This document shows, piece after piece, positions 31,076-43,568 of a DNA stretch of 54,854 nt. Location: contig CAYFVG010000002.1 in assembly GCA_964346365.1 (NCBI GenBank), positions 1 to 54,854 on the forward strand, written 5' to 3'. This stretch comes from an uncultured Alteromonadaceae bacterium (GTDB lineage Bacteria > Pseudomonadota > Gammaproteobacteria > Pseudomonadales > Halieaceae). Each line of letters begins with the position of its first letter. Position 1 is the stretch's first letter. A model generated the notes under the pieces. That model was not told where the DNA came from, did not search any database, and saw only the letters and a program-made list of their open reading frames with translations. Position numbers and translations under genes: made by a program.

Positions 31076-31942
31076 TCAGAACATGGTGACGGTCCGCGTC
31101 GGCAACGCCTCTGCCACCGCATCGGGCACGAAAAAATCCCGAAACAGCTGTGCATCCGGGTCCACGGCGTAGGGGGCGAAATCCGTGACGCCTTCCTCCC
31201 GCAGCAAGACCTCGTCGATAAAGAAATTACCGCTGCATTCCCGGGATGACCGCGTCAGGATCGCGTGCGCCGCATCCGACATAATCTCCGGCTTGCGACT
31301 GCCGCCGACCATCTCGGCGCCGCCCAGCACGTTGCGGACCGCTGCGGTATCGATGGCTGTCAGCGGCCAGAGGGAATTCACCGCGATACCATCGCCGGCG
31401 AACTCCCGGGCCATGCCGAGCGTGCACAGACTCATGCCCATCTTGGCCATGGTGTAGGCCAGGTGCGGGGCAAACCACTTGGGGTCCATGTCCAGGGGCG
31501 GGGCGAGATTGAGGATGTGCGGGTTCGCCGCCTGCTTGAGATAGGGCACACAGTGCCTGGAGACCAGGAAGGTGCCACGCGTGTTGATATCGTGCATCAG
31601 GTCGTAGCGCTTCATCGCCGTCTCGAGCGTCGGCGTCGGGCTGATCGCGCTCGCATTGTTGATGCAGATGTCGATACCGCCGAAGCGCTCCGCCGCCTGC
31701 GCGACGGCGGCTTCCACCTGGTCCTCGAAGCGGATGTCACAGATCACCGGCAGGGCCCGGCCGCCCGCAGCCTCGATGTCCTCGGCGGCCGTGTAGATGG
31801 TGCCGGGCAGCTTCGGGTGCGGCTCCGTCGTCTTGGCGGCGATCACCACGTTGGCGCCGTCCGCCGCAGCCCGGCAGGCAATGGCGAGGCCGATGCCGCG
31901 GCTGGCGCCGCTGATGAAAAGCGTCTTGTCTTTCAGACTCAT
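31076..31942 (-). CDS. Mirror copy: SDR oxidoreductase
   Basis: Identical to 22913-23779. Confidence 0.9.
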   Translation of the reverse strand: MSLKDKTLFISGASRGIGLAIACRAAADGANVVIAAKTTEPHPKLPGTIYTAAEDIEAAGGRALPVICDIRFEDQVEAAVAQAAERFGGIDICINNASAISPTPTLETAMKRYDLMHDINTRGTFLVSRHCVPYLKQAANPHILNLAPPLDMDPKWFAPHLAYTMAKMGMSLCTLGMAREFAGDGIAVNSLWPLTAIDTAAVRNVLGGAEMVGGSRKPEIMSDAAHAILTRSSRECSGNFFIDEVLLREEGVTDFAPYAVDPDAQLFRDFFVPDAVAEALPTRTVTMF

Positions 31943-32127
31943 GGCTGGAGCTCCTCTGCGTTGCGCTTCTGGTATCACGATAAGCGCCCGCGGCGCCGCT
32001 GCTTACTCTACCGGAAGCCGCCCGTGCAGACACCTCGCGCCTGCCAACGGTCTGCACTGATGCTTGCCAGCGCTCACCGGTTTCGCTTAGCTTGCTCCGC
32101 TGGAATCAAAGGAAGGGTTTAAACGCC

Positions 32128-32355
32128 ATGGCCGGACAGGGCTCGGGCGGCAACGTCCTCGCAGCGATCTGCAGTTTCTTCATTCCCGGGCTGGGCCAGC
32201 TGGTCCAGGGGCGGGTGCTGGCAGCGCTGCTGTTTTTCCTGTGCGCCTCCGGGTGCTACGCGCTGGCCGCGTCGGTGATCCTGTTCATCTTCTGGATCCC
32301 GGCGGTCGCGCTTCATCTCTGGTCGATCATTGACGCGGCGCTGTTCAAGCCCTGA
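32128..32355 (+). CDS. Mirror copy: small membrane protein
   Basis: Identical to 22500-22727. Confidence 0.75.
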   Translation: MAGQGSGGNVLAAICSFFIPGLGQLVQGRVLAALLFFLCASGCYALAASVILFIFWIPAVALHLWSIIDAALFKP

Positions 32356-32386
32356 GCAACCGGGGACCGCCGCTAGCAGCAGAGTA

Positions 32387-33592
32387 TCAGCAAAGGGCGC
32401 GCAGCCGGCCCCGGCGGCGCAGTTCCCTCATGCCGGGCAGCGGCCACACCCACGGCGAGGCCAGGCCGGGCGCCCGGCGCAACAGCGCAGCGGCCCGCGC
32501 CGGCAGCGGCCGCTGGTCCAGCTGCGCCATCACCGCCTGGAAGATCGCTTCCTTGCCCAGCCCCAGGCCCGGTGCGGCCAGAGCGTGGCGCCCCTGCAGC
32601 AGGATGCAGTCCCGGTCGCCGAAGGCGATAAGCTGCGGTTTCTCCGCCGCCTTGAAGGCGCGCGGGCGCCGACCACGCGCGGCGCGCCGGAGCTCATCGG
32701 CGCAGTGCCGGCCCGTATCCATGGCATGGTAGGCCTGTCGGGCTATCGGCCGCGGCAGCTCGGCGGCATCACCGGCAACGAGAATGTTGTCGTACTCACG
32801 ATGGCGGAGGGCCTCCGTGACCGCCAGCCAGGCCCCCGGGGCCGCCAGCCCGCTCTCGGCCAGCAGTGGCTGCGGGGCAGGCCCGCCGGTCCATATCGTC
32901 AGCGCTGAACGCAAGCGCCGGCCACTGGCCAGGCGGACCGTCTTCGGGGTGACGCGGTCGACGGGATCGCCAAAGAGCAGCTCGACACCCGCGGTCTCGC
33001 AGTGCGCCGCGAGATGCCGGCCAACCGCGGCCGGCGCACCGGGCAGGAGCCGCGGCCCGGCCTCGACCAGCGTGACCGGCAGCGCTGTGTCGCCGTAGCG
33101 ACGGAGGACTTCCCCGAGGCCTTCCACGCCCTCCAGGCCACCACCGATGATCGTGACGCGTCCCGGCTTTTCCTCCCGGGCGAGCCCCCGCAGCCGCCGG
33201 CCGATCGCGGCGCACTGCGCCACGGACTTGAACGGCATGGCGTGTTCCCGGGCGCCGCTGACGCCGAAGTCCGCATCGGCGGCGCCGAGGGCGAGCACCA
33301 GGTAGTCGTAGGGGAGGCTACCGCGCGCAAGCTGCACGGCGCTGGCGGCCGCATCGATAGCCACCACGTCGCCCCGGCGGAAGCGATGCCCGCGACGCTC
33401 CAGCAGCAATTTCAGGGGCAGGCGCAGCTCCCCGGGTTTCTTCAGGCCGGAAACCAGCTCATGAATAGCCGGGTAAAACTCGAAGTCTGCGCGGCGATCC
33501 ACCAGCGTCACGGCGAAGCGGGACGCGGGCAGTTCCAGGGCACAGGACAGGCCGGCAAAGCCGCCGCCCAGTATCAGCACGCGCGGCCGCAC
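32387..33592 (-). CDS. Mirror copy: NDH-2-like oxidoreductase
   Basis: Identical to 21263-22468. Confidence 0.85.
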   Translation of the reverse strand: MRPRVLILGGGFAGLSCALELPASRFAVTLVDRRADFEFYPAIHELVSGLKKPGELRLPLKLLLERRGHRFRRGDVVAIDAAASAVQLARGSLPYDYLVLALGAADADFGVSGAREHAMPFKSVAQCAAIGRRLRGLAREEKPGRVTIIGGGLEGVEGLGEVLRRYGDTALPVTLVEAGPRLLPGAPAAVGRHLAAHCETAGVELLFGDPVDRVTPKTVRLASGRRLRSALTIWTGGPAPQPLLAESGLAAPGAWLAVTEALRHREYDNILVAGDAAELPRPIARQAYHAMDTGRHCADELRRAARGRRPRAFKAAEKPQLIAFGDRDCILLQGRHALAAPGLGLGKEAIFQAVMAQLDQRPLPARAAALLRRAPGLASPWVWPLPGMRELRRRGRLRALC

Positions 33593-33834
33593 TACTCGTC
33601 CTCCGCGCGCACCTGCGCCGCCAGGTCACCGTCGCCGTCCACCAGCACACTGACAACCATCGGCCGGCAGCAGACCTGGCAGTCCTCCACGTAGTCCACG
33701 CCCGCCTCCATGGGATCGAGGAGCAGCGTCAGCGGCTCCCCGCAGTAGGGACAGTGCGCGGCCCACTCCTGTCTTTCCATGGCATCTATCGCTTCCATCG
33801 TCTCCATCGGGTCCATCCCATCCATCGGGTCCAT
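33592..33834 (-). CDS. Mirror copy: CPXCG-motif protein
   Basis: Identical to 21021-21263. Confidence 0.85.
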   Translation of the reverse strand: MDPMDGMDPMETMEAIDAMERQEWAAHCPYCGEPLTLLLDPMEAGVDYVEDCQVCCRPMVVSVLVDGDGDLAAQVRAEDE

Positions 33835-33842
33835 CGCATGCC

Positions 33843-34280
33843 TCACCCGTCAGAGCGGCGCGGATCCACCCGCCCCCGGCGCGCCTTGATCCGGCCTCGC
33901 CGGGTTTTCTTCTCCAGCCGCCGCCGCTGACTGGAGCGGGTCGGCCGCGTGGCAATGCGCGCCTTGCGCGGCCGGTGGCTGGCGCGAAGCAATGCCGCCA
34001 GGCGCCGCAGGGCGTCTTCCCGGTTGCGGGCCTGACTGCGGTGGCGCTGCGCCTTGATCACCACCACCCCGTCGCTGCCGACACGCTGGTCTTCGCTGCG
34101 CAGCAGCGCCTCCTTCCAGGGCACCGGCAGGGACGAGGCCTGGCTGTCGAAGCGCAGATGAATCGCCGTCGCCACCTTGTTGACGTGCTGGCCACCGGCG
34201 CCCCGGGCGCGGATCGGCAACAGCTCAATCTCCCCGAGCGGTATGCGCACGGAGGACGTAATGGCGAGCGTGTTATCCAT
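33843..34280 (-). CDS. arfB: Mirror copy: ArfB
   Basis: Identical to 20575-21012. Confidence 0.92.
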   Translation of the reverse strand: MDNTLAITSSVRIPLGEIELLPIRARGAGGQHVNKVATAIHLRFDSQASSLPVPWKEALLRSEDQRVGSDGVVVIKAQRHRSQARNREDALRRLAALLRASHRPRKARIATRPTRSSQRRRLEKKTRRGRIKARRGRVDPRRSDG

Positions 34281-34592
34281 CGGTGACGGCTCCCGGCCAG
34301 CGATCACCCCGGCCAACGATAGCGAATGCGGCGAGGGAGTGCAGTAACAAAGAGTCGACGCCGGCACACCTGTGGCGCAGCCGACGCGCAACTTTGGCGC
34401 AATCTTCCTCGACTTCAGCGCAACTTTGGCCCACCGCGCCTCGCGCAAGGCCACGGCCAGCGCCAGTTTTTTGCGGCTTGACGATACAGTCGCGACCGGC
34501 TTTCCGTTAGGGTATTCGCAGGAGAAGCGCCGTGACCCCGACTATTCCAGGGGTTCGGCTCACGCCACTGGACCCGAAGCGGGAGGACAGAC

Positions 34593-36446
34593 ATGGCCGA
34601 GCTCGACGCTACCGTGGCAGACGTCACGGCCCGTATCGAAGAACGCAGCGCCGGCCCGCGGCGCGACTACCTCGACCTGATGGCGCGCAGTCGCGATCTG
34701 CGGCCACAGCGCGGACAGCTATCCTGCGGCAACCTGGCCCACGGCTTCGCCGCCTGCGACGATACCGACAAGTCGCGCATCCGGCTTATGGAGTCGGCCA
34801 ACATCGGCATCGTCACGGCCTACAACGACATGCTGTCGGCGCACCAGCCCTTTGCCGACTACCCGGACAAGATCAAGGGCTACCTGCGCGCCATCGGCAG
34901 CACGGGGCAGGTAGCCGGCGGCGTGCCGGCCATGTGTGACGGCGTCACCCAGGGCCAGGTCGGTATGGAGCTGTCGTTGTTCAGCCGCGACAACATCGCC
35001 CAGGCGACGGGTATTGCGCTGTCTCACCACATGTTCGACGGTATTGTCTGCCTCGGCATCTGCGACAAGATCGTCCCCGGCCTGGTCATCGGCGTGCTGC
35101 GCTTCGGTCACCTGCCGGCGCTGTTCATTCCCGCGGGGCCCATGCCCTCGGGTCTGCCGAACCCCGAGAAGTCACGGGTGCGACAGCTGTTCGCCGAGGG
35201 CAAGGTGGACCGGGCCGCCCTGTTGGAGGCCGAGGCAGCCTCCTACCATGCCCCGGGCACCTGCACCTTCTACGGCACCGCCAACAGCAACCAGATCCTT
35301 ATGGAAGCCATGGGCCTGCAGCTCCCCGGCGGATCCTTTGTCAACCCGGGAACGCCCCTGCGCGAGGCACTGGTTCGCGAGAGCGCCGAGCTCATCGCGC
35401 GACTGACCGCCCAGGGTGCCGACCCGCGACCGCTGATGGACGTCGTCGACGCGCGCTCCTTCGTCAACGCCATGGTGGCGCTGCTCGCCTCCGGCGGTTC
35501 CACCAACCACGCGATGCATCTGGTTGCCATGGGCCGCGCTGCGGGGCTGATTATCAACTGGGACGATTTCAGCACCCTGTCGGCAACCGTACCGCTACTG
35601 GCCCGGGTCTATCCGAACGGCCAGGCCGACATCAATCACTTCCATGCCGCCGGCGGCACCGGGCTTCTGTTCCGGGAGCTGCTCGGCGCGGGCCTGATGC
35701 ACGGAACGGCGGGCACGGTCTGGGGTCGGGATTTCAGCGACTACGTGCACGAGCCCTACCTGGCGGGCGACGCCCTCGCCTGGCGGCCCGCGGCGCGGGA
35801 GAGCCTGGATCCGGCAATCCTGGCGGGCACCGCGGCGCCCTTCGACGACGAGGGCGGGCTGCGCCTGCTCACGGGCAACCTCGGTCGCGCCATGATCAAG
35901 GTGTCGGCGGTAAAACCCGAGCACCGGCGGGTCAGCGCCCCTGCAGTGGTGGTCGACGGGCAGCAGGCGCTGGCGGATCTCTTCGACGCCGGCGAGCTCG
36001 ATCGGGACTGCGTGGTCGTCGTGCGCTTCCAGGGACCGCGGGCGAACGGCATGCCGGAGCTGCACAAGCTCACCCCGCTCCTCGGCGTGCTCCAGGACCG
36101 GGGCCATGCCGTGGCGCTGGTGACCGACGGTCGCATGTCCGGCGCCTCCGGCAAGGTGCCCGCGGCGATTCACGTGACCCCCGAGGCGGCCGCCGGCGGC
36201 GCCATCGGTCGCCTGCGCGACGGCGATCCACTCACCGTGGATGCGCAAGCGGGCGTCCTCAGCTGCGACGTCGACGCAGCGACGCTCGCCGCGCGGACCC
36301 CGGCGACGCCGCCGCCGGACAACGAGGCCGGGGTCGGCCGGGAGCTGTTCCGCGTCTTCCGGCAGGTCGTCTCCACACCCGAGGCCGGGGCCAGCGTGAT
36401 CTTCGGCGAAGAACTGCTTGCCACGGTGGACACCAGCCATGACTGA
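34593..36446 (+). CDS. edd: Mirror copy: phosphogluconate dehydratase
   Basis: Identical to 18409-20262. Confidence 0.95.
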   Translation: MAELDATVADVTARIEERSAGPRRDYLDLMARSRDLRPQRGQLSCGNLAHGFAACDDTDKSRIRLMESANIGIVTAYNDMLSAHQPFADYPDKIKGYLRAIGSTGQVAGGVPAMCDGVTQGQVGMELSLFSRDNIAQATGIALSHHMFDGIVCLGICDKIVPGLVIGVLRFGHLPALFIPAGPMPSGLPNPEKSRVRQLFAEGKVDRAALLEAEAASYHAPGTCTFYGTANSNQILMEAMGLQLPGGSFVNPGTPLREALVRESAELIARLTAQGADPRPLMDVVDARSFVNAMVALLASGGSTNHAMHLVAMGRAAGLIINWDDFSTLSATVPLLARVYPNGQADINHFHAAGGTGLLFRELLGAGLMHGTAGTVWGRDFSDYVHEPYLAGDALAWRPAARESLDPAILAGTAAPFDDEGGLRLLTGNLGRAMIKVSAVKPEHRRVSAPAVVVDGQQALADLFDAGELDRDCVVVVRFQGPRANGMPELHKLTPLLGVLQDRGHAVALVTDGRMSGASGKVPAAIHVTPEAAAGGAIGRLRDGDPLTVDAQAGVLSCDVDAATLAARTPATPPPDNEAGVGRELFRVFRQVVSTPEAGASVIFGEELLATVDTSHD

Positions 36447-37079
36447 TGCCCGGGCCATTCTTCGTGCGGCCCCGGTGGTGCCCGTGCTGACCATCGAGGC
36501 GGTGGCGGATGCCGTGCCGTTAGCGCGGGCACTCGTCGCCGGCGGCATCCCGGTGCTCGAGGTGACGCTGCGCAGCGCCGCCGGGCTGCCGGCTATCAGC
36601 GCCATCCGCGAGGCGGTCCCCGAGGCCGTCGTCGGCGCGGGCACGGTCACCGGCCCGGCCCAGTTCGACGCCGCCCGGCGCGCCGGCAGCGCCTTCGTCG
36701 TGACGCCGGGGCTGACAGACCCGCTCCTCGCCGCGGCCGCGGACGGCGACCTGCCGCTCCTGGCGGGAGTGGCGACGGCCAGCGAACTGATGCGCGCCCT
36801 CGACGCCGGCCTGGACTGCTGCAAGTTCTTTCCCGCCGAGGCGGCCGGGGGTATCGCCGCGCTGAAGGCCTTCGCCGGCCCCTTCCCCGACGTTGTCTTC
36901 TGCCCCACCGGCGGCATCGGCCTGCACAACCTCGATCGCTATCTGGCGCTGCCCAACGTAATCACCGTCGGCGGCAGCTGGCTGACGCCGCCGGCGCTCA
37001 TGACGGCCCGGGACTGGCCCGCCATCGGCCGGCTGGCCGCCGAGGCCTGCGCGCGCGTCGCCGCGCTGCGGGGTGCGCC

Positions 37080-37083
<4 letters not shown>
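36439..37083 (+). CDS. eda: Mirror copy: KDPG aldolase
   Basis: Identical to 17772-18416. Confidence 0.95.
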
Positions 37084-38544
<1,461 letters not shown>

Positions 38545-38552
<8 letters not shown>

Positions 38553-39243
38553 GGCGGCGCTGCGCAAGTTCCCGACGCGGGAGGGACTCGATCGCCAGCT
38601 CGCCGATGACGTCGCCGGCGCGCTCGCGGCGGGAATAGCGGCGCGCGGCGAAGCGAGTCTCGCGGTCTCCGGCGGCAGTACACCCGCCGGGTTTTTCCGC
38701 GCCCTCGCCGGCCGCGATGTCGACTGGGCCCGGGTCACCGTGACCCTTGCCGATGAGCGCTGGGTGCCGCCGGATCATGCGGACAGCAACGAGCGCCTCG
38801 TACGGGAAACGCTCCTCACCGGTCCCGCGGCCCGGGCCCGCTTCGTCCCGCTGTTCGCGTCCTGTGACCACCCGCACGACGCCGTTGACGAAATCGCCGC
38901 ACGGCTGCAAGCGCTCGGTACCTTCGACGCGGTCCTGCTCGGCATGGGCACAGACGGTCACTTCGCCTCGCTGTTCCCCGGCAGCGCGGCGCTGCCGCGC
39001 GGTCTGGCGCTGCCGGGCGACACGCCCTGCCTCGCGGTCGACCCGCCCGCAGCGCCCCACGCCCGCCTGTCCCTGAGCCTGCACCGCCTGGCGGCAACGC
39101 GCCGGCTGTTTATCCATATCGTCGGCGATGAAAAGCGCGCGCTGCTGCAGCGGGCCGCCGCTTCCGACGACCCGGTGACACTGCCCATCAGCGCCGTACT
39201 CGCTCTGGATGCACCTGCCCCCGTGGTCTATTGGGCGCCGTGA
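38545..39243 (+). CDS. pgl: Mirror copy: 6-phosphogluconolactonase
   Basis: Identical to 15612-16310. Confidence 0.93.
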
Positions 39244-39346
39244 GGTTCAGCACACGCAGGAGAGCCGGGCGGGTGGCGCAGGGGCCGGGACCAAAACGGC
39301 CTGTGGCTACGCAACACCTACACGAGATCCCATGGACGCTGCTGCA

Positions 39347-40009
39347 ATGAGCGAAGAAAACCCCGACGATCTGCTGGCCAACTACAAGGGCGCCTACGAC
39401 AACCGCATCGGGTTCGGCCGTCGCCCCGCCCTGATCCTGGTGGACTTCGTCCGCGCCTACTTTGATCCCGAGTGCGAACTCTACGCTGACGTGCAGCCGG
39501 AACTCGACGCGGCACTGCGTCTGGTCGCGGTGGCGCGCAGCAAGGGCATCCCGGTCATCTATACCAACGTGGTGTACGATGCCGCCGGCCGCCTCGGCGG
39601 CCGCTTTTTCCAGAAGGCCATGCCGCTCCACAACTTTGTCGCCGGCAGCCCTATGGGCGCCTGGGCCGATGGCGTGGCGCCGGCGGCGGACGAAATCGTG
39701 GTGAGCAAGCAGTACGCGAGCGCGTTTTTCGGCACCTCCCTGGCACCCATGCTGACCACCCTCGGTATCGACACCCTGATTATCACCGGCGTCACCACCA
39801 GCGGCTGCATCCGGGCAACCTGTCTCGACAGCTGCCAGTACGGCTTCATCCCCATCGTGGTAGCGGACGCCTGCGGCGACCGGCACCCCGCCCCGCATGA
39901 AGCCAACCTCTTCGACATGAATGCCAAGTACGGTGACGTGGTGAGCGAGCGCGAGGCCACAGCATACCTCCACGGCCTCGAGACCGGGACAAGAGAGACG
40001 CCGGCCTGA
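39347..40009 (+). CDS. Mirror copy: isochorismatase-family hydrolase
   Basis: Identical to 14846-15508. Confidence 0.88.
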   Translation: MSEENPDDLLANYKGAYDNRIGFGRRPALILVDFVRAYFDPECELYADVQPELDAALRLVAVARSKGIPVIYTNVVYDAAGRLGGRFFQKAMPLHNFVAGSPMGAWADGVAPAADEIVVSKQYASAFFGTSLAPMLTTLGIDTLIITGVTTSGCIRATCLDSCQYGFIPIVVADACGDRHPAPHEANLFDMNAKYGDVVSEREATAYLHGLETGTRETPA

Positions 40010-40204
40010 CACAGCTTCCGGGCAGCGTCACGCTGTTTTTTCGCGCCGAGACTGCTCGACGGTCATCATGATTTCAATGACGGCCCGGTAATCTGCGGGC
40101 AAAGTTTGCAGCGTCCCGTCCGATGGAGACGGGCGGTCATTTCACTGTCAACGTTTTGTCGACATTCAGAGCCAGAATTGTCCATGTAAACCGGACTCGC
40201 CCTT

Positions 40205-40222
40205 TGTTTTGGCGTGGTGACA
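40205..40222. promoter_or_regulatory. Mirror copy: TGT-N12-ACA box upstream of the rhodopsin gene
   Basis: TGTTTTGGCGTGGTGACA. Confidence 0.6.
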
Positions 40223-40263
40223 GCCTAGAGTCAAGTTGAATTCACCAACGAGGAAAAGTCCGT

Positions 40264-41040
40264 ATGGACGTTCTTAGCGCAGGACAGTACAACCTGATCT
40301 ACAACGCTTTTTCGTTTGCTTTTGCGACTTTCGCTGCATCGACGCTGTTTTTCTGGCTGGGTCGAAGCCAGGTAAGTCCGCAGTACAAAACAGCATTGAC
40401 CATAACGGGGTTGGTCACATTTATCGCCGGCTATCACTACTTCCGAATCTTCGAGAGCTGGAACGAGGCCTACGAATTCGTCGACGGTGCGTTGATGGTC
40501 ACCGGGACGCCGTTCAACGATGCCTATCGGTATGTTGATTGGCTGCTGACAGTTCCACTGTTGCTTGTTGAACTGATCCTGGTCATGAATCTTGGCCGCC
40601 GGGAAACCGTCAGCCGCGCAACCCGCCTGGGATTACTCGCCGCTCTTATGATTGCCCTTGGCTACCCGGGCGAAGTCGCCACGAGCGACGGTCAGCGCTG
40701 GCTCTGGGGTATTCTCTCGATGCTTCCGTTCCTGTGGATCGTCTATGAGCTCTTTGTCGGCTTGTCCAAGTCGATTGCCGACCAGCCTGAGGATGCTCGC
40801 GGCCTGGTAAGCACGGCACGCTGGGTCGTGGTATTGAGCTGGGCCTTCTACCCGGTGGTTTACTTTGCCGGTGCTGTCGGTATCGAGGGCGCAACCGCCT
40901 CCACGATTATTCAGGTTGGCTATACGATTGCCGATATCGTCGCGAAGTCGGTGTTCGGTGTACTGATCTACATGATCGCAGTGCGCAAAAGCGGTGGCTT
41001 GTCCGACGACGCCGTGGGGACCAGCCAGGCCGCTGCCTGA
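40264..41040 (+). CDS. Mirror copy: xanthorhodopsin-family rhodopsin
   Basis: Identical to 13815-14591. Confidence 0.95.
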   Translation: MDVLSAGQYNLIYNAFSFAFATFAASTLFFWLGRSQVSPQYKTALTITGLVTFIAGYHYFRIFESWNEAYEFVDGALMVTGTPFNDAYRYVDWLLTVPLLLVELILVMNLGRRETVSRATRLGLLAALMIALGYPGEVATSDGQRWLWGILSMLPFLWIVYELFVGLSKSIADQPEDARGLVSTARWVVVLSWAFYPVVYFAGAVGIEGATASTIIQVGYTIADIVAKSVFGVLIYMIAVRKSGGLSDDAVGTSQAAA

Positions 41041-41091
41041 AGGCATGTAGTCAATAAGCCGCCTGACACTTTGGGCGCGCTCGAAAGAAAC

Positions 41092-41128
41092 AGCCGCTGC
41101 CGCTTTCATGCGCGCAGCGGCTTTTTTT
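41092..41128 (+). terminator. Mirror copy: rho-independent terminator
   Basis: AGCCGCTGC...GCAGCGGC-TTTTTTT. Confidence 0.8.
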
Positions 41129-41315
41129 ACGCGGTGAGTGCCCAGCCTTTGCGTCGGTCCCGCGAGACCTGACTACCTTTCTCGTAGGCCCGCTCCTTCT
41201 TAAGTATCTCAACGGCACGGCGTGCCGCGACCGGAGTCAAAACATGTCCCCAGACACTGCGGGTTTGCCCAGCGTCCTCGGCGATGACCAGGCAGATCAT
41301 GGACAACGTTCTTCG

Positions 41316-41459
41316 AACCGCATTGAAGGGCGGGCCGTCTTTGTTGCCGGCGCCGGCACACATCCGGGCGCCGGGTTGCCGGGCGTTATCTCCTCGGCCA
41401 GGGTGCTCGATCGGCTGATTCCCGCGATCGGGACACCGGCGCTACAACACTCGACATGA
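41316..41459 (+). pseudogene. crtI: Mirror copy: crtI C-terminal remnant
   Basis: Identical to 13396-13539. Confidence 0.8.
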
Positions 41460-41477
41460 CGTCCGTCGGAATGGTTT

Positions 41478-41495
41478 TGTGGCAGCTTCGTGACA
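41478..41495. promoter_or_regulatory. Mirror copy: TGT-N12-ACA box upstream of crtY
   Basis: TGTGGCAGCTTCGTGACA. Confidence 0.6.
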
Positions 41496-41519
41496 GCACA
41501 TCGGTAATGGCGGTGCAGC

Positions 41520-42629
41520 ATGGGCTCGGCTGATGTTGACATCGCGATACTCGGTGGGGGCTGCGCCGGCCTAAGTCTCGCTGCGCGACTGGCGCGCACA
41601 CGGTTCTCGGTTCAGGTGATCGAGCCGCGGACCCATTACACGAACGATCGAACCTGGAGCTTCTGGCGCACGGCATCGGACCCTTTTGAGGATTGCGTGC
41701 GCGCTGAGTGGCGCGCCTGGAGCGTCTTCGGGCCGCGCGGTGAGACGCGGCGACAGTCTCAGCGCCTGCGCTATCAGACGCTGAATGCTCACAGCTTCTA
41801 TCAACGCGCCCTCGCCGCGATCGACGACCATCCTGCAGCCGCGATCCGCCTCGGCGTCACGGCAAAGGAGGTTCGGCGGAACAGCGGCAAGTGGCACGTC
41901 GATACCGACGCCGGCGCTTTTTCGGCGAAGACCCTCGTGGACACACGACCGACGAAACAGGTGCCACGCTATGGTCAGTTCTTTGTCGGCCGCGAAATCA
42001 GAACATCGAGACCCGTCTTTGACCCGGCCGTTGTTCATTTGATGACTTTTCGTCCGTCTGAGGACGGTGGCGTTAACTTTGTCTATATGCTGCCCTTTGC
42101 CCACGATCACGCACTGGTCGAAGTAACGACTTTCGCCGCGAGTCCTCCCGCCCGCGATACCCTGACCCAGTGGCTGGAGACGGAAATTGCTCTGCTTGAG
42201 CCCGGCGATGTCGAGGTGCTGCGCAAGGAAGGGGGGGTGCTGCCCATGCAGGTGGGCTTTGGCAGCAACCCCCCCGACGGCATTGTTCGCATGGGGCTGA
42301 GCGGGGGTTCCTCGCGACCGTCTACGGGCTATGCCTTTGCACGTATTCAGGCGCAGGCGGATCGCGTGGTTGCCGCCCTTGAGCGCGGCGAAGCGCCGGA
42401 CACCCGCCTGGATGGTCGCATGACACAGTTTATGGACCGGGTTTTCCTCCGCGTATTGGCGACAGCACCCGAGCGCGCTCCTGCTCTGTTCGAATGCCTG
42501 TTTCGCGGCTCGCGGGAAGATCGCCTGGAGCGTTTCCTCTCCGGGTCGACGCGGGCAGCCGATCGGTTGTCGGTCATGGCGTCGTTGCCACCACTGCCCT
42601 TCCTGCGGGCCGCGGTCCCGCAAGGGTGA
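41520..42629 (+). CDS. crtY: Mirror copy: lycopene cyclase
   Basis: Identical to 12226-13335. Confidence 0.88.
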   Translation: MGSADVDIAILGGGCAGLSLAARLARTRFSVQVIEPRTHYTNDRTWSFWRTASDPFEDCVRAEWRAWSVFGPRGETRRQSQRLRYQTLNAHSFYQRALAAIDDHPAAAIRLGVTAKEVRRNSGKWHVDTDAGAFSAKTLVDTRPTKQVPRYGQFFVGREIRTSRPVFDPAVVHLMTFRPSEDGGVNFVYMLPFAHDHALVEVTTFAASPPARDTLTQWLETEIALLEPGDVEVLRKEGGVLPMQVGFGSNPPDGIVRMGLSGGSSRPSTGYAFARIQAQADRVVAALERGEAPDTRLDGRMTQFMDRVFLRVLATAPERAPALFECLFRGSREDRLERFLSGSTRAADRLSVMASLPPLPFLRAAVPQG

Positions 42630-43495
42630 CAGAGCAGACTCGCTGGCAGACGACGCTTTTCACGACAGCGGCTTTGCTGGCGATCGTGACATCGGTCGCG
42701 ATCGAGCTTTCTGAGACCCAGCAGATCGTGCTGCTGGCGCCTGTCGTCGCCCTCCTCGGTCTCCCCCATGGTGCTCTCGATCTGCCCATCGCAGAGATGC
42801 TCTGGCCGCTCAAAGGCTGGCGGGGCAGGTTGCGCTTTGCAGTTTTTTATCTGGGCCTCACTGCAGTCGTCATCGCACTCTGGCTGACTGTGCCTGCACT
42901 CGCTTTATGCACCTTCCTCGCCTACTCCGCGTGGCATTTCGCCGACGACTGGCAGGACAGCGCGCTTGCCCTGCGCTGGACTGGCGGTCTGGCAACGGTT
43001 GGCGCCCCGGCACTGTTCCACCAGAATGAAGTGACAGCACTCTTCACCTACCTGGCACCTGCACCCGCCGCCGGCATCGCGGCGAACGCTCTCGCGATCC
43101 TGGGCGGCGTGGCTCTGCTGGCCTTGCTGGGCAGCGTTATCCTGGCTCGACGCTGCCGGGGGCGGGACGCCACGGAACAGCTGGTGCTGTTTACCGCGGC
43201 CTTCTTCCTGCCGCCCCTGGTGTATTTTATGGTCTATTTTTGTGCGCTCCATGCGATCCGCCACCTCACTCTGGCGCTTGCGCAAATCGCACACCTTCGC
43301 CGCTCGCTCATCACAGCGGCGTCCCTGAGCGGCCTGGTCGTCGCGGCCGCTGTGCTGGCTGCTGTGCAGCTGCAGGCGGTACAGTACCTCGCTGTCGACG
43401 AGGCCGTGTTCAAGGTCGTATTCATTGGCCTCGCCGCATTGACCGTACCGCACATGATCCTGGTCGATCGCCTGCGCAGACTCTACTGCCGGTAG
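42626..43495 (+). CDS. blh: Mirror copy: beta-carotene 15,15'-dioxygenase
   Basis: Identical to 11360-12229. Confidence 0.92.
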   Translation: MTEQTRWQTTLFTTAALLAIVTSVAIELSETQQIVLLAPVVALLGLPHGALDLPIAEMLWPLKGWRGRLRFAVFYLGLTAVVIALWLTVPALALCTFLAYSAWHFADDWQDSALALRWTGGLATVGAPALFHQNEVTALFTYLAPAPAAGIAANALAILGGVALLALLGSVILARRCRGRDATEQLVLFTAAFFLPPLVYFMVYFCALHAIRHLTLALAQIAHLRRSLITAASLSGLVVAAAVLAAVQLQAVQYLAVDEAVFKVVFIGLAALTVPHMILVDRLRRLYCR

Positions 43496-43568
43496 CTGCA
43501 GCTGCGACCACTTCGTGACCTGAGGTAATTCAACTTAAGCTGGTTTGACCGCTTACGATGGCAGCCGG